Shown one piece after another: positions 8,312 through 17,912 of a DNA stretch of 23,775 nt; within the stretch, counting starts at the first letter, position 1; each line of letters starts with the position of its first letter. Made by a program: the position numbers and the translations under genes. Origin of the DNA: a virus (Duplodnaviria; Heunggongvirae; Uroviricota; Caudoviricetes); the IMG/VR virus record IMGVR_UViG_2541047805_000001; one strand, written 5' to 3'. The notes beneath the pieces are model-generated. The model was not told the origin of the DNA, made no database searches, and saw only the letters and a program-made list of their open reading frames with translations.

Positions 8312-8463
8312 ATCGTATTTCTTGTGTCATTAATTGTTTGATGTTCAGATTGTTTTCCTCGCGGGCTGGCGCGCCTCAGAAAGTAAAGCTTGTTGACAGG
8401 GGTAAACGTTCGGCAATAATTTTCTGCCGCATGCGGGTGTTGCATAAAACGTGTTACGTTCCT

Positions 8464-8769
8464 TTATCGACAGGTCAGGTCACCGCTCACCCGCCGACGA
8501 GAAAGCAACACTGACATGCTAAAGCAAAAAATAGATGAATAAGTTGAGTTGTGCATATGTAGCCTGACCGTCACAAAGTATATGGTGTCTGTACCAGTAA
8601 GATGATGGCCGGACTCTTTAAAAACGAGCTGACCTGCACAATACAGGATGGACTTAGCAATGGCTGCTCCTGGCACAAAGCGGACAGTGATCACCGTTCT
8701 TACGACTACTTTCTGACTTCCTTCGTGACTTGCCCTAAGCATGTTGTAGTGCGATACTTGTAATGACAT
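8464..8769 (-). CDS. ydfV: YdfV-like hypothetical protein (101 aa); coding status uncertain
   Basis: ORF length matches recalled K-12 ydfV. No convincing RBS, odd composition, and the 5' end overlaps the relBE promoter/operator. Confidence 0.35.
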   Translation of the reverse strand: MSLQVSHYNMLRASHEGSQKVVVRTVITVRFVPGAAIAKSILYCAGQLVFKESGHHLTGTDTIYFVTVRLHMHNSTYSSIFCFSMSVLLSRRRVSGDLTCR

Positions 8770-8782
8770 TTGTAATTACAAG
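8757..8782 (+). promoter_or_regulatory. relBE operator (relO) inverted repeat
   Basis: CTTGTAATgacatttgtaATTACAAG palindrome immediately upstream of the relB RBS (AGAGGTG). Confidence 0.6.
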
Positions 8783-8793
8783 AGGTGTAAGAC

Positions 8794-9033
8794 ATGGGTA
8801 GCATTAACCTGCGTATTGACGATGAACTTAAAGCGCGTTCTTACGCCGCGCTTGAAAAAATGGGTGTAACTCCTTCTGAAGCGCTTCGTCTCATGCTCGA
8901 GTATATCGCTGACAATGAACGCTTGCCGTTCAAACAGACACTCCTGAGTGATGAAGATGCTGAACTTGTGGAGATAGTGAAAGAACGGCTTCGTAATCCT
9001 AAGCCAGTACGTGTGACGCTGGATGAACTCTGA
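8794..9033 (+). CDS. relB: RelB antitoxin (79 aa)
   Basis: MGSINLRIDDELKARSYAALEKMGVTPSEALRLMLEYIADNERLPF... matches recalled RelB at all but one residue (A18, recalled V). Confidence 0.95.
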   Translation: MGSINLRIDDELKARSYAALEKMGVTPSEALRLMLEYIADNERLPFKQTLLSDEDAELVEIVKERLRNPKPVRVTLDEL

Positions 9034-9320
9034 TGGCGTATTTTCTGGATTTTGACGAGCGGGCACTAAAGGAATGGCGAAAGCTGGGCTCGACGGTACG
9101 TGAACAGTTGAAAAAGAAGCTGGTTGAAGTACTTGAGTCACCCCGGATTGAAGCAAACAAGCTCCGTGGTATGCCTGATTGTTACAAGATTAAGCTCCGG
9201 TCTTCAGGCTATCGCCTTGTATACCAGGTTATAGACGAGAAAGTTGTCGTTTTCGTGATTTCTGTTGGGAAAAGAGAACGCTCGGAAGTATATAGCGAGG
9301 CGGTCAAACGCATTCTCTGA
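9033..9320 (+). CDS. relE: RelE mRNA-interferase toxin (95 aa)
   Basis: MAYFLDFDERALKEWRKLGSTVREQLKKKLVEVLESPRIEANKLRGMPDCYKIKLRSSGYRLVYQVIDEKVVVFVISVGKRERSEVYSEAVKRIL. Start overlaps the relB stop. Confidence 0.95.
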   Translation: MAYFLDFDERALKEWRKLGSTVREQLKKKLVEVLESPRIEANKLRGMPDCYKIKLRSSGYRLVYQVIDEKVVVFVISVGKRERSEVYSEAVKRIL

Positions 9321-9391
9321 ACCAAAGCATGACATCTCTGTTTCGCACCGAAGGTGACACTTCTGCTTTGCGTTGACAGGAGAAGCAGGCT

Positions 9392-9547
9392 ATGAAGCAG
9401 CAAAAGGCGATGTTAATCGCCCTGATCGTCATCTGTTTAACCGTCATAGTGACGGCACTGGTAACGAGGAAAGACCTCTGCGAGGTACGAATCCGAACCG
9501 GCCAGACGGAGGTCGCTGTCTTCACAGCTTACGAACCTGAGGAGTAA
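9392..9547 (+). CDS. hokD: HokD (RelF) Hok-family membrane toxin (51 aa)
   Basis: Hand-translated MKQQKAMLIALIVICLTVIVTALVTRKDLCEVRIRTGQTEVAVFTAYEPEE. RBS AGGAGAAG at 9379-9386. Below the ORF-track cutoff. Confidence 0.85.
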   Translation: MKQQKAMLIALIVICLTVIVTALVTRKDLCEVRIRTGQTEVAVFTAYEPEE

Positions 9548-9615
9548 GAGACCCGGCGGGGGAGAAATCCCTCGCCACCTCTGATGTGGCAGGCATCCTC
9601 AACGCACCCGCACTT

Positions 9616-9645
9616 AACCCGCTTCGGCGGGTTTTTGTTTTTATT
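9616..9645 (+). terminator. Rho-independent terminator after relBE-hokD
   Basis: AACCCGCttcgGCGGGTT hairpin followed by TTTTGTTTTTATTTT. Confidence 0.7.
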
Positions 9646-9763
9646 TTCAACGCGTTTGAAGTTCTGGACGGTGCCGGAATAGAATCAAAAATACTTAAGT
9701 AGCGCGCAGGGATAAGAGGGATGGTCCCTTAAAGGGGAGAGCTAATTATCCGGAAGGATTCTG

Positions 9764-10015
9764 ATGATGAACATCGAAGAACTGCGTAAAATTTTTTGTG
9801 AAGATGGCCTCTATGCTGTGTGCGTTGAAAATGGAAATCTTGTTAGTCATTACCGCATTATGTGTTTGCGAAAGAATGGGGCTGCGTTAATTAATTTTGT
9901 GGATGCTCGGGTCACGGACGGATTTATCTTGCGCGAAGGTGAGTTTGTCACTTCATTACAGGCATTGAAAGAGATCGGAATAAAAGCTGGCTTTTCTGCT
10001 TTTTCAGGAGAATAA
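9764..10015 (+). CDS. rem: Rem (83 aa), function unknown
   Basis: MMNIEELRKIFCEDGLYAVCVENGNLVSHYRIMCLRKNGAALINFVDARV...; length and position match Qin rem. Confidence 0.75.
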   Translation: MMNIEELRKIFCEDGLYAVCVENGNLVSHYRIMCLRKNGAALINFVDARVTDGFILREGEFVTSLQALKEIGIKAGFSAFSGE

Positions 10016-10081
10016 ACTCATCTACAATCTTGCGCGGGGCTGAACTCCCGCTGAGTAACACCGTGCCACCGGAGAAAACCG

Positions 10082-10360
10082 ATGGCACGCAACGCAAAAT
10101 ATTACAATTCTGATAATTCGCCCGTTCTTGCCTGCACGCACGGGCGGTATTCTCACGCATTCAAGTCTGAATGGTTCCAGCACCCTCCATGCACTGCAGA
10201 ACAGGCCGAATGGCTGATTCATTCTTACCGCAGGCGCGGGTTCGAGGTTAAGAAAGCTCTCAGTCTCGACTATCGGCACTGGATAATCTCTGTCAGGCTG
10301 CCTTATTCCGAACGCCCACCACGTGCGTCCCGCACTTTCCAGCAACGGATCTGGAGGTAA
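10082..10360 (+). CDS. Candidate 92-aa ORF upstream of and translationally coupled to ydfU
   Basis: ATG preceded by GGAG with ~7-nt spacer. Stop TAA (10358-10360) lies inside the GGAGG RBS of ydfU. Region is GC-rich with ORFs on both strands, so this may be spurious. Confidence 0.3.
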   Translation: MARNAKYYNSDNSPVLACTHGRYSHAFKSEWFQHPPCTAEQAEWLIHSYRRRGFEVKKALSLDYRHWIISVRLPYSERPPRASRTFQQRIWR

Positions 10361-10361
10361 C

Positions 10362-11411
10362 GTGCGGGTATTACTTAGACCTGTTCTGGTGCCTGAGCTT
10401 GGGCTGGTGGTCCTTAAGCCGGGCCGTGAATCCATACAGATATTTCATAATCCTCGAGTGCTGGTGGAACCGGAACCAAAAAGCATGCGTAATCTGCCAT
10501 CCGGAGTCGTTCCTGCCGTTCGCCAGCCGCTGGCGGAAGACAAAACATTGCTGCCGTTTTTTAGTAACGAACGGGTGATTCGTGCTGCTGGCGGCGTTGG
10601 CGCATTGTCCGACTGGCTATTACGTCATGTTACATCCTGCCAGTGGCCTAATGGCGATTACCATCACACTGAAACAGTCATTCACCGTTATGGTACCGGC
10701 GCAATGGTGTTGTGCTGGCACTGCGACAACCAACTGCGTGACCAGACATCGGAATCACTGGAGCTGCTTGCTCAACAAAATCTGACAGCATGGGTGATTG
10801 ACGTCATCCGTCACGCAATAAGCGGTACGCAGGAGCGGGAATTATCTTTGGCTGAATTATCCTGGTGGGCGGTCTGCAATCAGGTGGTGGATGCACTACC
10901 TGAGGCTGTATCGCGTCGTTCGCTGGGATTACCAGCGGAAAAAATCTGCTCGGTGTACCGCGAAAGCGACATCGTACCGGGAGAGCAGACCGCCACCAGC
11001 ATATTGAAACAACGCACAAAAAATCTTGCACCGTTGCCTTACGCCCACCAGCAACAAAAATCACCACAGGAAAAGACGGTGGTAAGCATCACCGTTGATC
11101 CAGAGTCTCCGGAATCTTTCATGAAGCTGCCTAAACGTCGCCGCTGGGTTAAGGAGAAATACACACGTTGGGTTAAGACACAGCCGTGTGCTTGCTGCGG
11201 TATGCCAGCCGACGATCCGCATCATCTGATTGGTCACGGGCAGGGCGGAATGGGAACAAAAGCACATGATCTCTTTGTGTTGCCTTTGTGCAGAAAGCAT
11301 CACAACGAGCTGCATACGGATACAGTGGCATTTGAAGAGAAGTATGGCTCCCAACTGGAGCTGATATTTCGTTTTATCGATCGCGCGCTGGCAATTGGCG
11401 TACTGGCGTAA
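10362..11411 (+). CDS. ydfU: YdfU (DUF968-type, 349 aa) with C-terminal HNH-like zinc-finger nuclease motif
   Basis: GTG start at 10362 preceded by GGAGG gives 349 aa, matching recalled YdfU length. C-terminus has CACCGMPADDPHHLIGHG...LPLCRKHHNELH (Cys pairs plus HH...N...H). Confidence 0.75.
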   Translation: MRVLLRPVLVPELGLVVLKPGRESIQIFHNPRVLVEPEPKSMRNLPSGVVPAVRQPLAEDKTLLPFFSNERVIRAAGGVGALSDWLLRHVTSCQWPNGDYHHTETVIHRYGTGAMVLCWHCDNQLRDQTSESLELLAQQNLTAWVIDVIRHAISGTQERELSLAELSWWAVCNQVVDALPEAVSRRSLGLPAEKICSVYRESDIVPGEQTATSILKQRTKNLAPLPYAHQQQKSPQEKTVVSITVDPESPESFMKLPKRRRWVKEKYTRWVKTQPCACCGMPADDPHHLIGHGQGGMGTKAHDLFVLPLCRKHHNELHTDTVAFEEKYGSQLELIFRFIDRALAIGVLA

Positions 11412-11424
11412 GTGGAGAACGAGC

Positions 11425-12177
11425 ATGAACCTTGAAGCCTTACCAAAATATTACTCCCCAAAATCTCCAAAATTGAGCGATGACGCTCCAGCGACAGGCA
11501 CCGGTTGTTTAACAATTACGGATGTAATGGCAGCGCAGGGGATGGTGCAGTCGAAAGCACCACTTGGGTTGGCCTTATTTCTGGCAAAAGTTGGTGTTCA
11601 GGACCCTCAGTTTGCGATTGAAGGCCTGCTAAATTACGCGATGGCACTGGATAACCCGACATTGAACAAATTGAGTGAAGAAATCCGGTTACAGATTATT
11701 CCTTACCTCGTGAGTTTTGCCTTTGCTGATTACTCCAGGTCTGCGGCAAGTAAGGCTCGCTGTGAGCATTGTTCAGGTACGGGATTTTATAATGTATTGC
11801 GCGAAGTGGTGAAACACTACAGACGCGGGGAATCTGTAATCAAGGAAGAATGGGTGAAGGAACTATGTCAGCATTGCCATGGTAAGGGCGAAGCCAGCAC
11901 AGCGTGCAGAGGGTGTAAGGGTAAAGGGATTGTTCTGGATAAAAAAAGAACCCGGTTTCATGGCGTACCGGTATATAAGATTTGTGGGCGTTGTAATGGA
12001 AACCGGTTTAGTCGTTTACCGACCACGCTGGCACGACGTCATGTCCAGAAGCTGGTACCAGACCTGACCGATTATCAGTGGTATAAGGGGTATGCGGACG
12101 TCATTGGTAAACTGGTAACAAAGTGCTGGCAGGAAGAAGCATACGCGGAAGCGCAATTGAGGAAGGTGACGAGATAA
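11425..12177 (+). CDS. quuQ: Q-like late-gene antiterminator (250 aa)
   Basis: ATG at 11425 with GGAGAA upstream gives 250 aa. Several CxxC/HCH zinc-binding motifs (CEHCSGTG, CQHCHGKG, CRGCKGKG, CGRCNG). Followed by a promoter plus terminator pair as in lambda Q-pR'-tR'. Confidence 0.75.
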   Translation: MNLEALPKYYSPKSPKLSDDAPATGTGCLTITDVMAAQGMVQSKAPLGLALFLAKVGVQDPQFAIEGLLNYAMALDNPTLNKLSEEIRLQIIPYLVSFAFADYSRSAASKARCEHCSGTGFYNVLREVVKHYRRGESVIKEEWVKELCQHCHGKGEASTACRGCKGKGIVLDKKRTRFHGVPVYKICGRCNGNRFSRLPTTLARRHVQKLVPDLTDYQWYKGYADVIGKLVTKCWQEEAYAEAQLRKVTR

Positions 12178-12208
12178 ATGATTTTTGCTGAAGATGGCGA
12201 CATGATGT

Positions 12209-12237
12209 TTGCATTTTTCAAAAAATATGGATAAAAT
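12209..12237 (+). promoter_or_regulatory. pR'-like late promoter
   Basis: TTGCAT-N17-TAAAAT just downstream of quuQ and about 45 nt upstream of a strong terminator, the arrangement expected for Q-dependent antitermination. Confidence 0.5.
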
Positions 12238-12282
12238 TTTTTCAACGATGGGCTTTGTATACCCGACGTTAAGAAAAAGTAG

Positions 12283-12310
12283 AAAACCCGCTGATGAGCG
12301 GGTTTTGTGC
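12283..12310. terminator. Rho-independent terminator (tR'-like), probably bidirectional
   Basis: AAAACCCGCtgatgaGCGGGTTTT perfect hairpin flanked by A/T runs on both sides. Lies between quuQ (+) and the 3' end of cspF (-). Confidence 0.7.
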
Positions 12311-12598
12311 TTTAAATGGGGCAATGGTAATGTTGAATCTCATCCCGGGACTCATGTCTGTTAACTTATTATTTAGCTGGTGACTTGGTTATTTGCCTGA
12401 TGTTTAAAATGTTTTCTTCCAGTACAATGTCCCTAAACACAATGAGTCTGCTTATTATATTATTAGCAGAGCTATTACGGCCAAAGTACAGCATAAGCTT
12501 TTAAAGCCAATCAACCAGTCATCAAGACAGACGGGGTTATTCATAAAAACTCTCCATGTGTGATCCGATGGGGCCTGAAATTAAAGCTTTAATATAGC

Positions 12599-12811
12599 TC
12601 ATGAAAGGTAAACATTGGCAGCTGAAGGGCCACGCAGACCATTTATCCGGCAAAATTCCACGCGTAATCCGGTGGTAATTTCTTCTGCATCGCGGAGATT
12701 GAGCGCTGAAACATGAAGCTGGACATCGATACGACCATCGGATGGGGTGATAAGACCCTTGCCGCTTTTGCCGTCAAAGGTTTTGACAATTCCTGTCATT
12801 TTACGGGACAA
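12599..12811 (-). CDS. cspF: Cold-shock protein CspF (70 aa)
   Basis: [70 protein letters not shown]; CspA-family OB fold lacking the canonical RNP aromatic residues, as in CspF. Confidence 0.85.
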
Positions 12812-13111
12812 AAAAATTCCTTAATACTGATAACTTGGCGCACTATACACACGTTCCTGAAGAAAGCTATAGTTTTTTGATGGGGTTGAAGATGGCTGGA
12901 TGTCTAAAATAAACATTGCTTCATATGTTCAACTATGCGTTAATGATTGCGTCGGTTTGAAGAACAGACGATATACGAAGTAGTTTACTAAAGCAGTTCT
13001 CATTTCAGGTGTTATTCACTTATTCCTTCTTTGAGTCTCTCCAATTAAGTACGAAGTCGTTTCTGTTATGCAAACCATTTATGCCGAAAGGCTCAAGTTA
13101 AGGAATGTAGA

Positions 13112-13327
13112 ATGTCAAATAAAATGACTGGTTTAGTAAAATGGTTTAACGCTGATAAAGGTTTCGGCTTTATTTCTCCTGTTGATGGTAGTAAAGATGT
13201 GTTTGTGCATTTTTCTGCGATTCAGAATGATAATTATCGAACCTTATTTGAAGGTCAAAAGGTTACCTTCTCTATAGAGAGTGGTGCTAAAGGTCCTGCA
13301 GCAGCAAATGTCATCATTACTGATTAA
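13112..13327 (+). CDS. cspB: Cold-shock protein CspB (71 aa)
   Basis: [71 protein letters not shown], with RNP1/RNP2 motifs. Long 5' leader upstream. Confidence 0.9.
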   Translation: MSNKMTGLVKWFNADKGFGFISPVDGSKDVFVHFSAIQNDNYRTLFEGQKVTFSIESGAKGPAAANVIITD

Positions 13328-13607
13328 AATTCATCGCTCGTCTGTATACGATAACGAAGAAGGCTGATGCCTGAGTAGAGATACGGACAGAGTAGTGAAT
13401 ATTGGATTTCTTTAATAAAAATTAAGGAGGTCCAATACATGAAACAATGGCCAGCATATTTGGCAAAATCTTAATCAGGAAAAGTATGCTAACCATTGTG
13501 GTGAAGTGCAGGTTTGCTGCATGAATAGTTTTACAGCAGAAGCTAACTGCTGGCATGGCAAAACAAAGTGCGTAAGTGGATGACTCCCACAAAAAGCACC
13601 ACAATCT

Positions 13608-13632
13608 CAAACCCGCTCAGGCGGGTTTTTTA
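13608..13632 (+). terminator. Rho-independent terminator downstream of cspB
   Basis: AACCCGCtcagGCGGGTT hairpin followed by TTTTTTATT. Confidence 0.65.
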
Positions 13633-13690
13633 TTATCTGCTTTAAATATATTATTAAAATATAAAAAATACTTGTTACTAATAAAATCAA

Positions 13691-13861
13691 TCAGGCTACA
13701 GCTTTAAGATTTGTCTGGAATACTTTGTTGCAATGAGGGCAGATCAAAAGGGCACCTTTTTGTACTCTTGAAAAACTGTGTTCTGACTCTTGGGTGCAGT
13801 TTGGGCAGGAACATTTAACGAGATAATTACGGCGTGATTTTGAGTCTTTACGTTCTGACAT
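13691..13861 (-). CDS. Small zinc-ribbon protein (56 aa)
   Basis: MSERKDSKSRRNYLVKCSCPNCTQESEHSFSRVQKGALLICPHCNKVFQTNLKAVA has a CxCPxC...CPHC motif. Start taken at the internal Met of ORF 13691..13912. May correspond to a small protein annotated in K-12 Qin, but I cannot confirm the name. Confidence 0.45.
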   Translation of the reverse strand: MSERKDSKSRRNYLVKCSCPNCTQESEHSFSRVQKGALLICPHCNKVFQTNLKAVA

Positions 13862-14080
13862 AGGCTTTTCCTGTATAAATGGCCGTATACAGTACACTAA
13901 ATATGAAAACATTTCTCGTATTATTATTTTATATATGACTTTCTTTCAAAATAATTACTCACATTTTTAATGTGTATGTTTCTTTAGCGCCGTTGAGAAC
14001 AGCGTGTGCTGTCAAAACTACCCCGTAGACTCCGATCTTTTCAAACATATTGCACCATCCGTGTACATCGGGGTGAGGAT

Positions 14081-14296
14081 ATGAAATCAATGGATAAGTT
14101 AACAACAGGTGTTGCCTATGGCACATCGGCGGGTAATGCTGGTTTCTGGGCATTGCAGTTACTCGATAAAGTAACTCCGTCACAGTGGGCTGCAATCGGT
14201 GTGCTGGGTAGCCTGGTTTTTGGCCTGCTGACGTATCTGACAAATCTTTATTTCAAGATTAAAGAAGACAGGCGTAAGGCTGCGAGAGGAGAGTAA
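14081..14296 (+). CDS. essQ: Phage-21-type pinholin, S21-like (71 aa) with dual-start motif
   Basis: [82 protein letters not shown]. Met1/Met4 dual start typical of S21 antiholin/holin. Confidence 0.85.
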   Translation: MKSMDKLTTGVAYGTSAGNAGFWALQLLDKVTPSQWAAIGVLGSLVFGLLTYLTNLYFKIKEDRRKAARGE

Positions 14297-14300
14297 TCCA

Positions 14301-14608
14301 ATGACTCAAGACTATGAACTGGTTGTGAAAGGAGTCCGTAATTTTGAGAATAAAGTTACGGTAACTGTAGCCTTACAGGACAAAGAACGCTTTGACGGTG
14401 AAATTTTTGACCTGGATGTCGCCATGGACCGTGTTGAAGGAGCTGCGCTGGAGTTTTATGAGGCAGCAGCCAGAAGGAGCGTCCGGCAAGTCTTCCTGGA
14501 AGTAGCAGAAAAATTGTCAGAAAAAGTTGAGTCTTATCTGCAGCATCAGTACTCCTTTAAGATTGAAAATCCTGCCAATAAGCACGAGCGTCCTCATCAT
14601 AAATATAT

Positions 14609-14612
<4 letters not shown>
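14301..14612 (+). CDS. ydfR: YdfR (103 aa), function unknown, inside the lysis cassette
   Basis: 103-aa ORF between holin and endolysin; start 4 nt after the essQ stop. Length and position match Qin ydfR. Confidence 0.7.
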
Positions 14613-15636
<1,024 letters not shown>

Positions 15637-15999
15637 GGTAATATTAAATCGGAACATTTACATCGCGGAATGTAAAATTTAAATAAAAAGGACTCTTCCA
15701 TGAGCCAAAATTCCTGAAATCTTAAGGGTAAGATAAAAGGTCTTAATCAGAATGACACGTTATTATTAATAAATAAAGCTATTCTTTCATTGCTGTGTTT
15801 TTCTTTACAAAAGTAATCCTTGCTATGGGTGGTTAATCATGCGTTAATGGTGTTCTGGTTTGTTACAAATTTATCTGAAGCAGTCATTGTTATAATTTTA
15901 TTATTTGTACCTCTTGAGATTTCCTTGTTGGTTTTTCTCTCTGATATTTTTTTTCGGACCATTCTGCCCAAGGGCTAATTTCTTCAAAAGGTAATAATT

Positions 16000-16212
16000 A
16001 TGTCTAACAAAATGACTGGTTTAGTGAAATGGTTTAACCCTGAAAAAGGTTTTGGTTTCATCACGCCGAAAGATGGCAGCAAAGATGTGTTTGTCCATTT
16101 CTCAGCAATTCAGAGCAACGATTTCAAAACATTAACTGAGAATCAGGAAGTTGAATTTGGTATTGAGAACGGACCTAAAGGTCCTGCCGCTGTTCATGTA
16201 GTGGCGCTTTGA
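16000..16212 (+). CDS. cspI: Cold-shock protein CspI (70 aa)
   Basis: [70 protein letters not shown]. Confidence 0.9.
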   Translation: MSNKMTGLVKWFNPEKGFGFITPKDGSKDVFVHFSAIQSNDFKTLTENQEVEFGIENGPKGPAAVHVVAL

Positions 16213-16414
16213 GGTAGACAATATTACAAACCATATTCACTTTAGATGCCCGTGTTGTCATGGTTCCCAGTATAGAACATCATCTTTTGATGTTTCTGAC
16301 ATGAATCCTTTCGGGGCAAAATGTATCTTTTGTAAATCAATGATGATTACATTTGATAATATTTCACAATACTTAAATGCCAGCCGTCTGTCGTTGGATT
16401 TAAAAAAGTGAAAA

Positions 16415-16440
16415 TGAAGGCTCCTTCGGGAGCTTTTTTG
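16415..16440 (+). terminator. Rho-independent terminator
   Basis: GGCTCCttcgGGAGC hairpin followed by TTTTTTG. Confidence 0.6.
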
Positions 16441-16558
16441 CTTGGTATCTATTCGATGGATACTCACATACTACGGTAACATCATGAAAAAAATCATAGT
16501 TTTTTTTAACTCTGAACCAGCAGTGGTAGTGCCAGCGATGACTGGAGTTAACACCATC

Positions 16559-16714
16559 ATGCGTGAATATCCAAATGGCGAAAAAACACACCTTACTGTA
16601 ATGGCCGCAGGGTTTCCATCTCTGACCGGAGATCATAAAGTCATTTATGTAGCCGCGGATCGACATGTTACTTCAGAAGAAATTCTGGAAGCAGCAATAA
16701 GGCTCTTGAGTTGA
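16559..16714 (+). CDS. ynfN: YnfN-like small protein (51 aa)
   Basis: MREYPNGEKTHLTVMAAGFPSLTGDHKVIYVAADRHVTSEEILEAAIRLLS (51 aa) matches the recalled YnfN length and its position between cspI and gnsB. Upstream in-frame starts exist (ATG 16484, TTG 16442); the true start is uncertain. Confidence 0.5.
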   Translation: MREYPNGEKTHLTVMAAGFPSLTGDHKVIYVAADRHVTSEEILEAAIRLLS

Positions 16715-16885
16715 TTTGATGCTATTGTATTGATAATTCAGGAAAATTCTCTTTGTCTGTTTGTGTAAAATTTAGACTATCGTATGTTGATTATTGCGAT
16801 GTTTCATCTTATCTTTTACACGTTTGCACCATATAATCGACTTACTGTGTAACTGGAAAGTCATAACAGACTAAAAGAGGAAATG

Positions 16886-17059
16886 ATGAATATTGAAAAC
16901 TTAAAAACAAAAGCAGAAGCAGATATTTCTGAATATATAACAAAAAAAATTATTGAACTTAAGAAAAAGACCGGGAAAGAAGTTACCAGTATTCAGTTTA
17001 CCGCACGGGAAAAAATGACGGGTCTTGAAAGCTATGATGTCAAGATTAATTTAATCTGA
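16886..17059 (+). CDS. gnsB: GnsB (57 aa), GnsA/GnsB family
   Basis: Hand-translated MNIENLKTKAEADISEYITKKIIELKKKTGKEVTSIQFTAREKMTGLESYDVKINLI. RBS AAAGAGGA. An alternative ATG lies one codon upstream (16883). Confidence 0.8.
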   Translation: MNIENLKTKAEADISEYITKKIIELKKKTGKEVTSIQFTAREKMTGLESYDVKINLI

Positions 17060-17085
17060 TGTATTCAATAATAAAATTTATCCAT

Positions 17086-17110
17086 AAACCTCGTTTTTAC
17101 GGGGTTTTGT
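17086..17110. terminator. Hairpin plus T-run between gnsB and ydfO
   Basis: AAACCTCGtttttaCGGGGTTTTGTT; could terminate either convergent gene. Confidence 0.45.
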
Positions 17111-17210
17111 TATATTTGAATGGTTCCGAATATCTAAATCACAATTGTTGATGGTTTTTATTAAACCAATGCAGTCCGGCTCAGGAGTGAGAGAAGCCGG
17201 ACGTTATGGT

Positions 17211-17621
17211 TTAGCGTGGTAAGATCTGTGTAGTTTTCTGGATGCTTTCAGTAAATAGTAATGAATTATCAAAGGTATAGTAATATCTTTTTTGTTCGTG
17301 GATATTTGTAACCCACCGAAAAACTCCTGCTTTAGCAAGGTTTCTTCTGTATTCCTGAAATGTGATCTCTCTGGATTTCAGCTTATTAGAGGTCGTTTCT
17401 ATAAGATGCCTATCCTTTGAAAATTTGACAGACACAATGTTTTTTAGGCCCTTTAATAACACTGTATTATCATTTTTTAATACAATATGAACATTCTCTG
17501 TGGCTAAATAGTAAATGTAATGTGAGACATTGTGACGTTTTAGCTCAGAATAAAACCATTGATAGTTTAAATCGTTTCGAACTTTATCAAATATTTGTTT
17601 AAAAATGACTACCTGATCCAT
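17211..17621 (-). CDS. ydfO: YdfO (DUF1398-like, 136 aa)
   Basis: ORF 17211..17636; the internal Met (MDQVVIFKQ...) gives 136 aa, matching recalled YdfO. Confidence 0.7.
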
Positions 17622-17678
17622 AGATAAACCTTCCATGTGATATGAGGGGGCGTAGTCTGCACGATTATCTAAATTGCT

Positions 17679-17912
17679 TCAATCTGGTCTGACCTGTTTT
17701 CTGAGCAATTCAGTAATGTCACTCTTTTCTTTGTTTGCTTCAGAAGAAACTCTTTTTTCTGAGCACAGTCTCCGGCGGCAGGCTTCAATGACCCAGGCTG
17801 AGAAATTCCCGGACCCTTTTTGCTCAAGAGCGATGTTAATTTGTTCAATCATTTGGTTAGGAAAGCGGATGTTGCGGGTTGTTGTTCTGCGGGTTCTGTT
17901 CTTCGTTGACAT
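17679..17912 (-). CDS. ynfO: YnfO (77 aa), function unknown
   Basis: MSTKNRTRRTTTRNIRFPNQMIEQINIALEQKGSGNFSAWVIEACRRRLCSEKRVSSEANKEKSDITELLRKQVRPD; basic N-terminus. Confidence 0.7.
   Translation of the reverse strand: MSTKNRTRRTTTRNIRFPNQMIEQINIALEQKGSGNFSAWVIEACRRRLCSEKRVSSEANKEKSDITELLRKQVRPD

Noticed and set aside
10022-10435. 137-aa minus-strand ORF spanning the rem-ydfU intergenic region
   Set aside because: Pro/Arg-rich translation typical of GC-rich antisense frames; overlaps the ydfU start and the better-supported plus-strand ORF.
11061-11515. Minus-strand ORFs of 121 and 71 aa overlapping ydfU and the quuQ start
   Set aside because: Antisense to well-supported genes; no RBS.
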